DNA from: Nemertoderma westbladi
Lineage: Eukaryota; Animalia; Xenacoelomorpha
NCBI GenBank assembly: GCA_032718475.1
Contig: JAUCBJ010004177.1
Span: forward strand, 1-64,000
DNA: 64,000 bases
Reading direction: 5' to 3'
The notes under the pieces are model-generated. The model was not told where the DNA came from. It saw only the letters and a list, made by a program, of their open reading frames with translations, and ran no database searches. Below, piece after piece: positions 25,400 through 35,652 of the stretch. Position numbers and translations under genes: made by a program. Numbering within the stretch: position 1 is the first letter of the stretch; the number at the start of each line of letters is the position of its first letter.

Positions 25400-26980
25400 T
25401 CAATAATTAGACCCTTCCATGTTACGTGACACCTTGTAATGCTGCAGCTTCCTACATCGTTTCCACACGAAGTCGACTAACTTTTCAACAACTACGGTAG
25501 AGTCATAGTCGCACAATAAAGTAAATGCTTCTAGATTATCGAATTTGCCAGCATTTAAGTGATTCTCTATTTTAGCTAAGGAAGATGGACGTGTTGGCAC
25601 TCCCAAATACTGTGAATTAACTCCAGTTAATCGAATCCAAAGTTTAATTAACGAAGGCATTTGAGATCGCAAAATCAATGATATAATTCTGTCGTCATTT
25701 TCTGTATTTATACAGAGACTTTTGAGCGAATTCATTACTACTTGGTTAGTGGGGATAAGAAATATACCCGTGAGGTCCAACGTTTTTATGTTTGTAAATA
25801 TATCACCTAAATCAGATAAAGAGACACGGCCACCACCCGGCGAGGGGACACGCAGTGTTAAATCCAACCTTAAACCAATGACTTGATGTAGACGAACACC
25901 TTTGTCAACAGCCTTCGCAATAGCATTAGGTAGAAGTCGGGCAGTCGTGAGAATCGTAACTTGAGATAGATATGGGAACATATTGAAATACTCGAACAAT
26001 TCTAGATCCCAAACAAGCTCACGAATTTCCAAAGTGAGACTGTTTATAGACCATGTACAATGCTTTGTTTGACTGATATACTTTGTGATCGGTGCCCGAA
26101 GTAAGGAATCATTCAGGTAAATATATGGAAAACGAAAGACGATGTGCTCAAGATGTTTCTTTTGGTTACAATGCACCCTATTCAGGACTCTCAGTGCTTG
26201 ATCTGTAATAAAGTTAACCCGAGGTAGCCGACTAAGTAACATAATTATTTGTTCGACTGATAAACTGCTACACCATTTAATATTAAGTTCCTGAAATCCA
26301 CTCAATTCATTAAGTTTCAATAGTCCTGGGTAAGTGATCTTTGATTTAGGTATGTGTAGAATCCTAAGGTGAGGGCAATTCTTTATGATTGCGTGAAGAA
26401 TCAAGACATCTATTCCAAAGAGCTTTATAGATGTGAGATGAGGATATCTAATAACGTTAAAAATAAAGTAAAGTGCTGGGTTATACGATGAACCAGATAG
26501 TGAAATATCTACTGACATCAACACACTAGATAATTCAGGGAGACCCTGAATCACAGATCTCACAATATCTAATCCAAATTCATATTTAAACTCATCGTCC
26601 AGAATAATATGAACTGTACTGGTAGCATTGCACAGACGTAAATAAATATTTCTATACGTCAACATTATATCGGCCACTGATCGAATTGGTAGTTGTACAC
26701 AAGTAGCTGATGTCCGGTTGTTCTCATTCAACTGATCATTAAACACAATAAGGTAAGCATGTAGAATAAACTTCCATGGGTGATTCGTTCGTTTCAGCCA
26801 TCCACTGATAATGTTGCATTTATTTTGGATTTTGTGTTCACCCAGATTGTGTACCCATTTCTGATGTTCTGTGTTTACTATTCCTGTAGCCACTGCCCGA
26901 GTTACATTGGAAATGCAGATTTCTTTTAACGATAGTAGTCTGCAATTACGATTAAGTATAACTGCTGGAATTTTATACAT
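25400..26980 (-). CDS. Intronless 526-aa BC-box/leucine-rich-repeat protein, putative Cullin-RING (Elongin BC) substrate receptor
   Basis: Uninterrupted 1581-bp ORF in AT-rich DNA. N-terminal SLKEICISNV matches the BC-box [STP]LxxxCxxxV. LPIRSVADIML resembles a Cul2-box. LRR-like units include HLTSIKL, CPHLRILHI, FQELNIKWC, IKTLDLTG, SLKSLCI and SLIKLWI. Confidence 0.72.
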   Translation of the reverse strand: MYKIPAVILNRNCRLLSLKEICISNVTRAVATGIVNTEHQKWVHNLGEHKIQNKCNIISGWLKRTNHPWKFILHAYLIVFNDQLNENNRTSATCVQLPIRSVADIMLTYRNIYLRLCNATSTVHIILDDEFKYEFGLDIVRSVIQGLPELSSVLMSVDISLSGSSYNPALYFIFNVIRYPHLTSIKLFGIDVLILHAIIKNCPHLRILHIPKSKITYPGLLKLNELSGFQELNIKWCSSLSVEQIIMLLSRLPRVNFITDQALRVLNRVHCNQKKHLEHIVFRFPYIYLNDSLLRAPITKYISQTKHCTWSINSLTLEIRELVWDLELFEYFNMFPYLSQVTILTTARLLPNAIAKAVDKGVRLHQVIGLRLDLTLRVPSPGGGRVSLSDLGDIFTNIKTLDLTGIFLIPTNQVVMNSLKSLCINTENDDRIISLILRSQMPSLIKLWIRLTGVNSQYLGVPTRPSSLAKIENHLNAGKFDNLEAFTLLCDYDSTVVVEKLVDFVWKRCRKLQHYKVSRNMEGSNY

Positions 26981-27006
26981 TGTATTTCAATTAGTTCTCC
27001 TTTAGT

Positions 27007-27270
27007 ATACTTTGTATTGGTTACATTAGTATTGTGGTGGTAAAATTTGTTAACAATAATGGAGTGGCCTAGAGAAGAAAATTGTCACAAAAGTGCCAAA
27101 AGTTTTTTATAAGTATCTAGGGGTATCTAGAATTCAAGAATCCATGCTCAAAAAAATATTTGTATGGAACACTTATTGCTAGAAATTAGCATATAATACA
27201 AGCCAAACAAAAGGTAGAGTAGTAGTTATAAGGTTAGAAATAGTGATATTCTAGAATAATTTAATTAATT
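27007..27270. repeat. Direct repeat, copy 1 (copy 2 at 29082-29265)
   Basis: 27007-27149 is nearly identical to 29082-29223, and 27241-27270 matches 29236-29265. Confidence 0.88.
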
Positions 27271-27375
27271 TAGCAATAAGCTGTGATTCAATTGGAAGGG
27301 GATATAATTTACACTGTCCTGTCGCACATTAATTGCTATATCTCGGTAACTATAACTATAACTCGGTAACTCGGT

Positions 27376-28081
27376 AAGTCCCCAGCAAGTCTCTGATCGG
27401 ATGAGCATAAGCTCAAAGGATGGTATGCTTGAGCATGTGGACGACTTCTGTTACCTGGGATCATGGATCCGGAAGTCAGGTGAGGACCTTCGAATACGTA
27501 AGGGAAAGGCATGGGCAGCCTTGAATAGGCTTTCCAGGATTTGGAAGTCACCTAGAATTAATCGGAAACTTAAGGTCCAATTATTTAGAGCAGCAGTAGT
27601 TCCAGTACTCCTCTACGGGAGTCCATGCTGGGCTCTAACTGCTGAGGACACCAAATCTCTGGATGGCACATTCACAAGAATGCTACGCCGGGTACATTGT
27701 GTCAAGTACAATGCACACGTCTCCAACCAGACACTATATAACATTGGAGGTGTCTCATTGGTTCCCCCAAGCTTGACACTAGAACAAAATCGCCTCCGCT
27801 TTGCAGGACATTGCTTTCGCCGTGAGGACCAGCCAGTGCATAATCTTGTACTTTGGCAGCCTCATGGAGTGAATAAGCATGGTGGACAGCCCATGACTTT
27901 CTTGAGACGCATCTTAAAGGACACTGGCCTTAAAGATGCGGATGATCTAGCAAATGTCATGGGTGATAGGGAGTTGTGGCGGTGCAATTTTGTTGACAAG
28001 CCGGCACAGCATTCTTAAAAATGCAGCTGCAATGCAGCATGCCGATCCTAGTAGTAGTAGTAGTAGTAGTAGTAGAAGTAG
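27376..28081 (+). mobile_element. 5'-truncated RTE-clade LINE with (TAG)n tail
   Basis: ORF 27401-28018 has VDDFCYLGS, LFRAAVVPVLLYG..W and RLRFAGHCFR. (TAG)n tail at ~28049-28081. Near-identical to 41063-41774. Confidence 0.92.
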
Positions 28082-28085
28082 CAGA

Positions 28086-28275
28086 TAAGATTTCAATCTA
28101 CCAGTCTGCCTGTCGAGTTAGCCAGATGGTGCAGGATTCCTCCATTCCGTCTGAACGTCTTTGTAAATGCGGTCTTCCACATTCGTATTTGATCCTCGAT
28201 TGCGCACTGATCCCACACCATGCTAATATTGATTACCAGTCTGTTTCGAATTTCATGACCTCCCCCGATCAGAAA
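28086..28275 (+). pseudogene. Remnant of a LINE ORF2 C-terminus (zinc-knuckle region)
   Basis: Frameshifted translation IRFQSTSLPVELARWCRIP / SERLCKCG..LILDC resembles the LPxExGRW..P..ERLC motif of RTE-X/CR1-like ORF2 ends. Confidence 0.55.
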
Positions 28276-28283
28276 TCAGAAAT

Positions 28284-28960
28284 TCTTCAAATTAGTCGTA
28301 GTTTTTTCAGATCAATAGAAAGCTTGCGTTACAAGGATTCCAAATATGTAACAATATCTGAATTTCGTTGAGAAACAGCTGAGAAATAGGCGTTCAAAGA
28401 TTGCAAGAATTATTGTTCTCTGAAGGCCATTTATTCTATTTAATAAATACACGAAATTCTAGAACGTGTTATTTATTTTATGAGTTGGTTGGCAACAGCG
28501 GTATGCCTATACAATATCTATATTGCGTAGCTAACCATACATAAACAAATTGTTCCAGAATTTTGTGTATTTATTAAATAGAATAAATGGCCTGCAGCGA
28601 ACAATAATTCTTGCAATCTTTGAACGCCTATATATCAGCTGTTTCTCATCGAAATTCAGATATTGTTACATATTTGGAATCCTTGCAACGCAAGCTTTCT
28701 ATTGATATAAAAAATTACGACTAATTTTAAGAATGGCAATGATACGGATGGTGCGATTTCGCAAAAGACACTTTTTTAAAACGCGTATAAAAAAATTTAA
28801 AGGCGAAATAGAAAATTCCGGCTTCATGGTAACAACCACGGTGAGTTGAACTAGTTGTGTTTCAAATTTCAAGCAATATGATAAAGATTTGTAGAAAAAT
28901 TTGGGGGGGGGGGGGGGGGGGTCCGTGTCATCAGAAAATGACACTATATTACGGGTCATG
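28284..28960. mobile_element. Foldback DNA element, P-superfamily-like, left end missing
   Basis: Arms ~28284-28466 and ~28552-28735 are reverse complements. Right terminus ..TATATTACGGGTCATG. A second copy lies at 49105-50812. Confidence 0.75.
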
Positions 28961-30039
28961 GTGTATAGATTTATGAGAAGATAACAAGATCATATTTCTG
29001 TATAAATATAGGCTAATAAACCATGTTACTTCCAAACAACAAATAATATTTTAATAAATAATACCATCAAATAAATGAGTCATACTGTGTATTGGTTACA
29101 TTAGTATTGTGGTGGTAAAGTTTGTTAACAATAATGGAGTGGCCTAGAGAAAAAAATTGTCACAAAGTGCCAAAAGTTTTTTATGAGTATCTAGGGGTAT
29201 CTAGAATTCAAGAATCCATGCTCCCAAAAATATAATAGTGATATTCTAGAATAATTTAATTAATTAATTCTAGAACATTAATTTATATGGAAAGGGGAAA
29301 AAGAGCTTGAAAAACGCCCAAAAAAAACCAAAAGCTTGAAAACAGATAAAAAAAGCTTAGAAAACTGCACTTAAAAACGCAGCGCATATTGTGGCCGGCC
29401 CATTCTGTAACCAATTCTAAGAGTAAACATCGTGAGTTAATTAATAAAATGATGAAAATTTAGATTATGAATTTTGGTAATGAATAACAATTAATATCTA
29501 TTCACCCCTAATGAAAAAAAATAACCATTTCCCGCCATAGCGCCCCCACGTGGGAAGGGTTTTGTTATTTTGAGATAAAAACTATTTACAATGCAGGAAG
29601 TGGCCGTTAGGTGGATTTACCATTTTCGGCTTCATGGTATATTAATTATCCGGTCAATAAGCTCCTTTATACAATCTGACGGTATTATATGATTATAGAC
29701 TAGACTCTATACTGTGATCACAGACACCTCTATGATCATCATGATGTGTCAACATGCTCTCATTTTTTAAGAAAGGCCAAGCTAGTGTTTTTTGTGCTAG
29801 CAGTAACCTAAAATATCGATTTGTTTATGGAGAATTCAAAAATAATTATCAGAGTCAACCCCTGAGTAAAATTAAGTGAGTCATTCCAAATTTGCCATCC
29901 AAAGTGGCGCCCATGGATGGGGCGAGTTAGTGAAATCAATTTAATGTTATTCAAAACAATTGACATACTATCAGAGTCACCCCGCCTGATGGTATATACT
30001 ACTATAGATGTCATCTTTCAGATGAGAAAAATATAATTA

Positions 30040-30420
30040 TTTATTACATGGGAAAAAAAGTAGAACTTTTTCACTATTCTCGAGGCATTTTATTTACCGA
30101 GCGTCGTCAGCGAGGTTAATAAAGGGTCGAGAGAATATTGAAAAAAAATGTTCTATTGTTTTTTTCCCCATGTAATACGTAATTTTATTCTTATATTGGT
30201 ACTTTTTTGTTGCTTAATTCTTTAATAACGTACAGAGATATTATGGTACGAAATAAATTGAACTGCAGTATTTTACTATATTGCTTCCATAGTTACTGCA
30301 ATTCATATATTGAACTCTTCAACTCCTGATGCTGCCTTACTCAATGTTAAATAATGTAGTGTTCTAGAATATTTATTAGGTAACTAGAGAGCCGCTTAAC
30401 AATATAAACCAATATTGTAT
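30040..30420. mobile_element. Palindromic non-autonomous element fragment with an inverted partner at 38470-39907
   Basis: Hairpin ATTACATGGGAAAAAA..CGAGCGTCGTCAGCGAGG..TTTTTCCCCATGTAAT (30043-30177). 30115-30420 is the reverse complement of segments within 38470-39907. Confidence 0.65.
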
Positions 30421-31946
30421 ATTGAGTTCCGTTTTGGTGAACGCTGCGCAGACACTAAATTTGCAATAACGTTTGAGTGTGTCAATGGAATGCTTAAATT
30501 ACGTGCAAACTTTTTCTACGTCAACGATCTTTCAACATATTTAATTTAAGATATTCCACCAAAAATTTTTCAATTAACTTTTTTCGCCGGGAAAAAACGT
30601 AACATCAATGCAATCCTATGGGTTACTTTTTTCCCTAGGGAAATAAGTGCAACTTTTTCTCACGATTTTAGTCTAAATTCGAGCGAAAAAGTAACATTTT
30701 AAGAATAAATATTGCTTCAGTAGTTTTCGAGATTTGAGCAATTCCTGGCACCCATACCATGTCAACACCTTTCGATTTTCGATTTGATAAAATTATTCAA
30801 AATACATCACCCTTCAAAGACTTGGTATAACCATTAAACCAAACTATGCTTTTTTGGTTTGTTGAATTCATTATTAAACGAAAGCGAGATTAGAAGCAAT
30901 TTTTAAAAATAAACTAAAAGAGCACCAAAAGTCACAAGTACTTTGAAATTATCAAATAGCCAAATGTTGTAAATTGGCCATACAGACTGGCTACTCAGGA
31001 AACGTGCTGATTTCATGGGGAAGGTTTATTCCTCTACCTACATCAAACATATCAAAGAGTTCTGTAATATAACAACATAGGCATGTTGTTATTTATATTA
31101 GTTATTAATCAGTTATTTGTGCCCCCTACAAAAGCTCATGATAAAAGCATTTTCACAAGAAAATATATTTTTTCAAATTTAATTTTTTCACTAGGTAATG
31201 AAAAGTAATATCTACTAGATACCATATTACTGTCAGAAAATCAAATATGTGTTCTTTAACAAGAAACGTCATGATAAATGCCATTTTCATATGAAAAATT
31301 GGTGAACAAGTCCAACACATAAAAATTTTGATACACATTTCATTATGCTACTACAACCATGGCCTACTATATATACGGCCTAACATGTTGTCGATTTGGC
31401 CTTAAAAAAAGAGGCCAGTTTTTTTTTACATTATTTTGATATTTTGATGAGGGGAAAGTTCTATAAATTTTCATTTGCTGCAATTTGGTCAACGGACGTA
31501 ATTGAAGTCTCTTCGCTAAGCAAGATACTAAATTTTATGGTAGCTAGTGTCTTAGATAAGTTTAGCTAGTAATTTCAACACTGGTTCCGACATCCTACTT
31601 CCCTCTATAACTATTTTGTAGTAGCTAGTTCATATTGTGACTGCAGAGATCAGACTCAGTTTGAGAGCCAGCAAACCCAGGACAAGCAAGCAAATCAAAT
31701 ATGACTGGGAGAAACTCAGAACTGACAATGCTGTAAAGGATGCTTATACAGTAGAAGTTTAAAACCGCTTTGAAACACTTCAGTCAATGGATGAAGACAA
31801 ATCCACCAATTCAATATACCAGAATATAATTTGAATAATATTTAATTAATTAATTAAGCCCGCGAGAGGCACCAAAGGCAAGTAAAATATATACACAAAC
31901 ACGTTAATAATTAATGCACGAATATAAATAAAATTAATTTATGAGA

Positions 31947-34716
31947 TTAATGATTGGGGGGGGGGGGGGGGGGTAATTCAGAGTTTGTGGCCCATTGACG
32001 CAATGTCCAGCTGTTGTGGGTACATGAATCGAGGTGGTACAGCGTTGCTGGTCCATTGCACAGCGCACAGACGCAAGAATCGGTGGTCACCATGTGAAAG
32101 TCCCGGTTCTGACATACTCGGTGGTGGAACCCGTGTATCGCGTAACGCGTAGTAACGTGTCTATTTGGGCGGTTTGGACCAGTCCAATTTAAATCAATAA
32201 ATGCCGAACTAGTCCAAAAGTCCGGGTTGATTTCGTTTGTTTTAGCTGATATTACTTCTTTATACTTTTTGAATTCAGTTGTATGCGGCAGATTGAGACG
32301 CTCAACTAGTTCGATTATAAGATTTACCTCTCCACAAATTGCTAAGACTAGTCGGTTCTGTGTAGATTTATGCACCTGTATTACCTTTTTGATAAAACTC
32401 GATTTTATTTTGTCCAATTGGTGCAAATTTGCAGCTGTTAGAAATGGCCAAGTTTCCCGAAAACAATAAGTAATAATTGGGTGAATTTTGATTGTGAATA
32501 ATTTAAGTGCTGTTGAAACTGAAAGTAAATGAGGGGATCGAATTGAATGAGAAGCTGTAAGTGCCTTACATACGGTGATTACAATGTGTTTAGAGAAACT
32601 CATTGTGGGTTGAAAAGTGACTCCAAGATATTTATAAGAATTGACTATTGATACGGGTTCACCGTTATACGTGAATTTATCCGCCGCTGCAAGCCTGCCA
32701 CCACGCCGGAATTTCATCACCGCCGTTTTACTTAGGTTCACTTTAATTCCATTTTCTGAGGACCATATTGCGATCGAATCAAGACCAGCTTGAATTGCTT
32801 CGCGTGAATCGCTATAGAAGAGTAAATCATCGGCGAAAAGAAGAACGATAATCTCACCAATATACCTCGCTGCTCGTTTTATGTAGTCAACTATATCGAA
32901 TATGAACAAAATAAAGAGTAGAGGACTGAGTGTGTCTCCTTGCAAAACGCCACGAGTTTGTTTGATAATTTTGGATACCCGTAATCCATCGAAAATTTAA
33001 ATATAATTTGTTGATAGAATAGCCTCAATTAGTTTTAGAAGTTTTCCCTTTAAATTAAAATGTGTTTTCAACTTTGTGAGTAATCTTGGCCTTGGTACAG
33101 AATCGAACGCCTTTTGAAAGTCTACATATACCGTGTATAATGGTTGCCGGGGTGATGATAGATTGATGTGAATTCTGTTGATGAACTGGGCGATCGCTTG
33201 CCCCGTTGACCTGCCCTGCATGTAGCCGAACTGTTCTGCGGGAATCTTACTGGATACCAGTTTACGTAGTCTTTTTTCAACGATTGATGTTAACCATTTG
33301 TACGCATTGTGTAGTAACGAAATTCCTCTATAATTGTCAGGAACGGCTCTAGAACCTTTCCCCTTGTACAGCACAAACATGAGACTGGTTTTCCAGGATG
33401 TTACTAACGTTCCGGTAGACAAACATAAATTGAAGAGCGCTGTCCAAAGGATCAGCGTTACAGGGACAGCGCCTTTAAGGAGTTCGTAAGGAAGCTTGTT
33501 TGGGCCACCTGATTTACCCGATTTCTTGTCTTTTAAAGCAGAAGCGACTTCCTCTTCTGTGAATAAACTTCCGTTCGTCGTAGTTGCCTTCATCCCCCGA
33601 GGAGTCCTCCCCTTTTAGAATTTTACTGAAGTGTTCCTCCCAAGTCTCTAATGCAACCGGACAGCTGCTTTTTGAAGTGGTCTTTTTGCACCATTTGTAT
33701 GGGTTATCTTCAGCCTCGGCAATCAGCTTTTCCTCGGTGCAACGAGCATATTCTTCCTGTTTATCTCTGAGGAGTTGTTTGTATTCGCGTTTCTTAGCAC
33801 ATAACTGAGCACGTTTCGAAGAATCTGCGTTTGAGGCATTATGAATAGATAAAACCTCGCGCCGTTTGCGGTAGCAGTCCGAGTCAAACCAGCGTTTAGA
33901 GAAGCGTTTCGTGTCGCTAAGAGCCGGTGCCGCCTCTTTTATCGCATTAGATAAGAGTAAATATGCCTCATCTGTTCGGTTCTCGGTTAGCAGATTGTAT
34001 GTATGATCGAGTCTCTCGTCGTTCTGCAGTAGTCCGAGATTTATTTCACGCTTCCTCGGAAATTCTGTATGTGGAGTTGTAGTTTTTGGATTGAAAATTT
34101 TGCAATTCCACATCGCCTTAATAGGGGTGTGTTTCCGCATTGCGTTCGCAACGCCGTTGATGCGCTCTGGTAATTCGTTTGAGAATATCAAATCTATTGC
34201 ACTACTGCCATTGTGACAAATGTATGTAGGCTCCGCCGGATCTGAATGCAGAGACATGTCCACGTTTTCCATAAGTTCGATCAAGGCATCAGCCTTGGGG
34301 TTGTCGTTAACATCGATACGAGCGTTGAAGTCACCCGTAAATATAATATGACCCCCAAAGTTTTTGGGAATGTGATCTAATGCAGTTAGTACGCCGTCAA
34401 TCAAGTCCTCTAGAGCCGTTTTAGGTTGGAAGTAGCAGCAAAATAATAAAACATGATCAGTTTGTACGCATATAAAATTTTCACTCTTCCCTATAAGTTT
34501 AGGATTTAGCTGTGGTTTGACTGCTATCGTTATACCACCAAATGGTCTGCCTCGCCCCTCAGTTTTCATTGCCAATGACTCGAATGAGTAAAACCCTGGA
34601 ATATCCAGACTGACTGTCGCCATGGTTTCATTGAGTAAAAGGACGTCTGTGTCGAACACTATGTCGTTGTGCGAATGATTGAATACTGATTTCAGGCCTT
34701 CCACATTCCAGAGCAT
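31947..34716 (-). pseudogene. LINE ORF2 (AP endonuclease, reverse transcriptase, Cys/His tail) in three frameshifted pieces
   Basis: APE motifs WNVEG, NET, GDFNA, ID. RT motifs NYRGISLL, VDFQKAFDS, QGDTLSPLLF, FADD, KFRRGGRL, YKYLG. Pieces are 33514-34716, 32997-33593 and 31947-32945. Confidence 0.92.
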
Positions 34717-34875
34717 GGTAGATAGTTTACAGTGAGCCGTTCCTGTGGTGGGAACTGCTGCGCGAACAACCGGGGCTGCGTGAACCGCTGGGCGAACAAC
34801 CGGGGCGGCGGGATCTGCTGCCCCGGCAGATTGTTCGAAAGGGCTGTTATTAGTATTTTCATCTTGTTGAGGTAG

Positions 34876-35652
34876 TCAAACTCGTTGATGCCTAAACGTA
34901 GGCCGGACACTTAGACCGAAGGACTCTCTCTCAGCATTACTAAGGTTGTAATTCTTTATAAGAATTCCACTTTCCCAAAGGTCAGGATTCATTACCGATT
35001 CACGCTGATCCTGGTTGCATACCAGATGGAAGGATCTAGAACGAGCGCCGTCATTTACTTCTATCGGAATTATTTGATCAAACGGAACTGATTCATCGTT
35101 CCGAAAGTCTGTTATTTGCTCAGCCGACACATCCAAACCAACCCGGCCTATATATACATGGGCTTTTCTCGGAGCAGACGTTGTCTCGGGCTCGCGTGGA
35201 GCGGTTGCGGCATGTAGGGGGCCACCTACTCTTCTTCCCCGCACTATCTTAGGGTTCAGGTTACCCGGACCTGATCTCCGGATAGTTGATTGACTTTGCC
35301 GCTGGGGTCTCCCTGGTAATGGAGTGAGTGTTGATGTGGTGCCAACTGCGGTTTCCAAACCTGCCCGGGCGACATCGCTCCACATTCGGCTGGTGTGTGT
35401 CGATCCAACGGGTTCCGTTACCATGGGCTGCGCCTTTGATTTGTATTCCAGGAGTTCGTTTTTGGAGGCTATCGAATCGGCTTGTGCTTCCGCGAGTTTA
35501 CCGAGGCAAATCGTGTACATCGAGCTCATCTTGGCAAGGTCGTCAGCTAGTTGTCTTTCCTCATTGTTGTTCATAGATTTCTTGTCTTTGAATGATCTCA
35601 TAAGCGACATTATATTGTTTTGGAGATTGACATATTCAATGACATCCGCCAT
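34876..35652 (-). CDS. LINE ORF1 protein (coiled coil plus RRM-like C-terminal domain)
   Basis: 258 aa; helical N-terminus and HVYIGRV..SRSFHL..LWESGILIKNY, typical of LINE ORF1. Lies directly 5' of the APE domain. Confidence 0.75.
   Translation of the reverse strand: MADVIEYVNLQNNIMSLMRSFKDKKSMNNNEERQLADDLAKMSSMYTICLGKLAEAQADSIASKNELLEYKSKAQPMVTEPVGSTHTSRMWSDVARAGLETAVGTTSTLTPLPGRPQRQSQSTIRRSGPGNLNPKIVRGRRVGGPLHAATAPREPETTSAPRKAHVYIGRVGLDVSAEQITDFRNDESVPFDQIIPIEVNDGARSRSFHLVCNQDQRESVMNPDLWESGILIKNYNLSNAERESFGLSVRPTFRHQRV

Noticed and set aside
26997-27003. AAAGGAG Shine-Dalgarno-like motif upstream of the LRR ORF, suggesting bacterial origin
   Set aside because: 16-nt spacing is too long, there are no bacterial neighbours, and the BC-box is a eukaryotic motif.
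27347-27356. TAACTATAAC resembling the large-subunit rRNA homing/R2 target region
   Set aside because: Only 10 bp inside a stuttered junction, with no flanking rRNA sequence.
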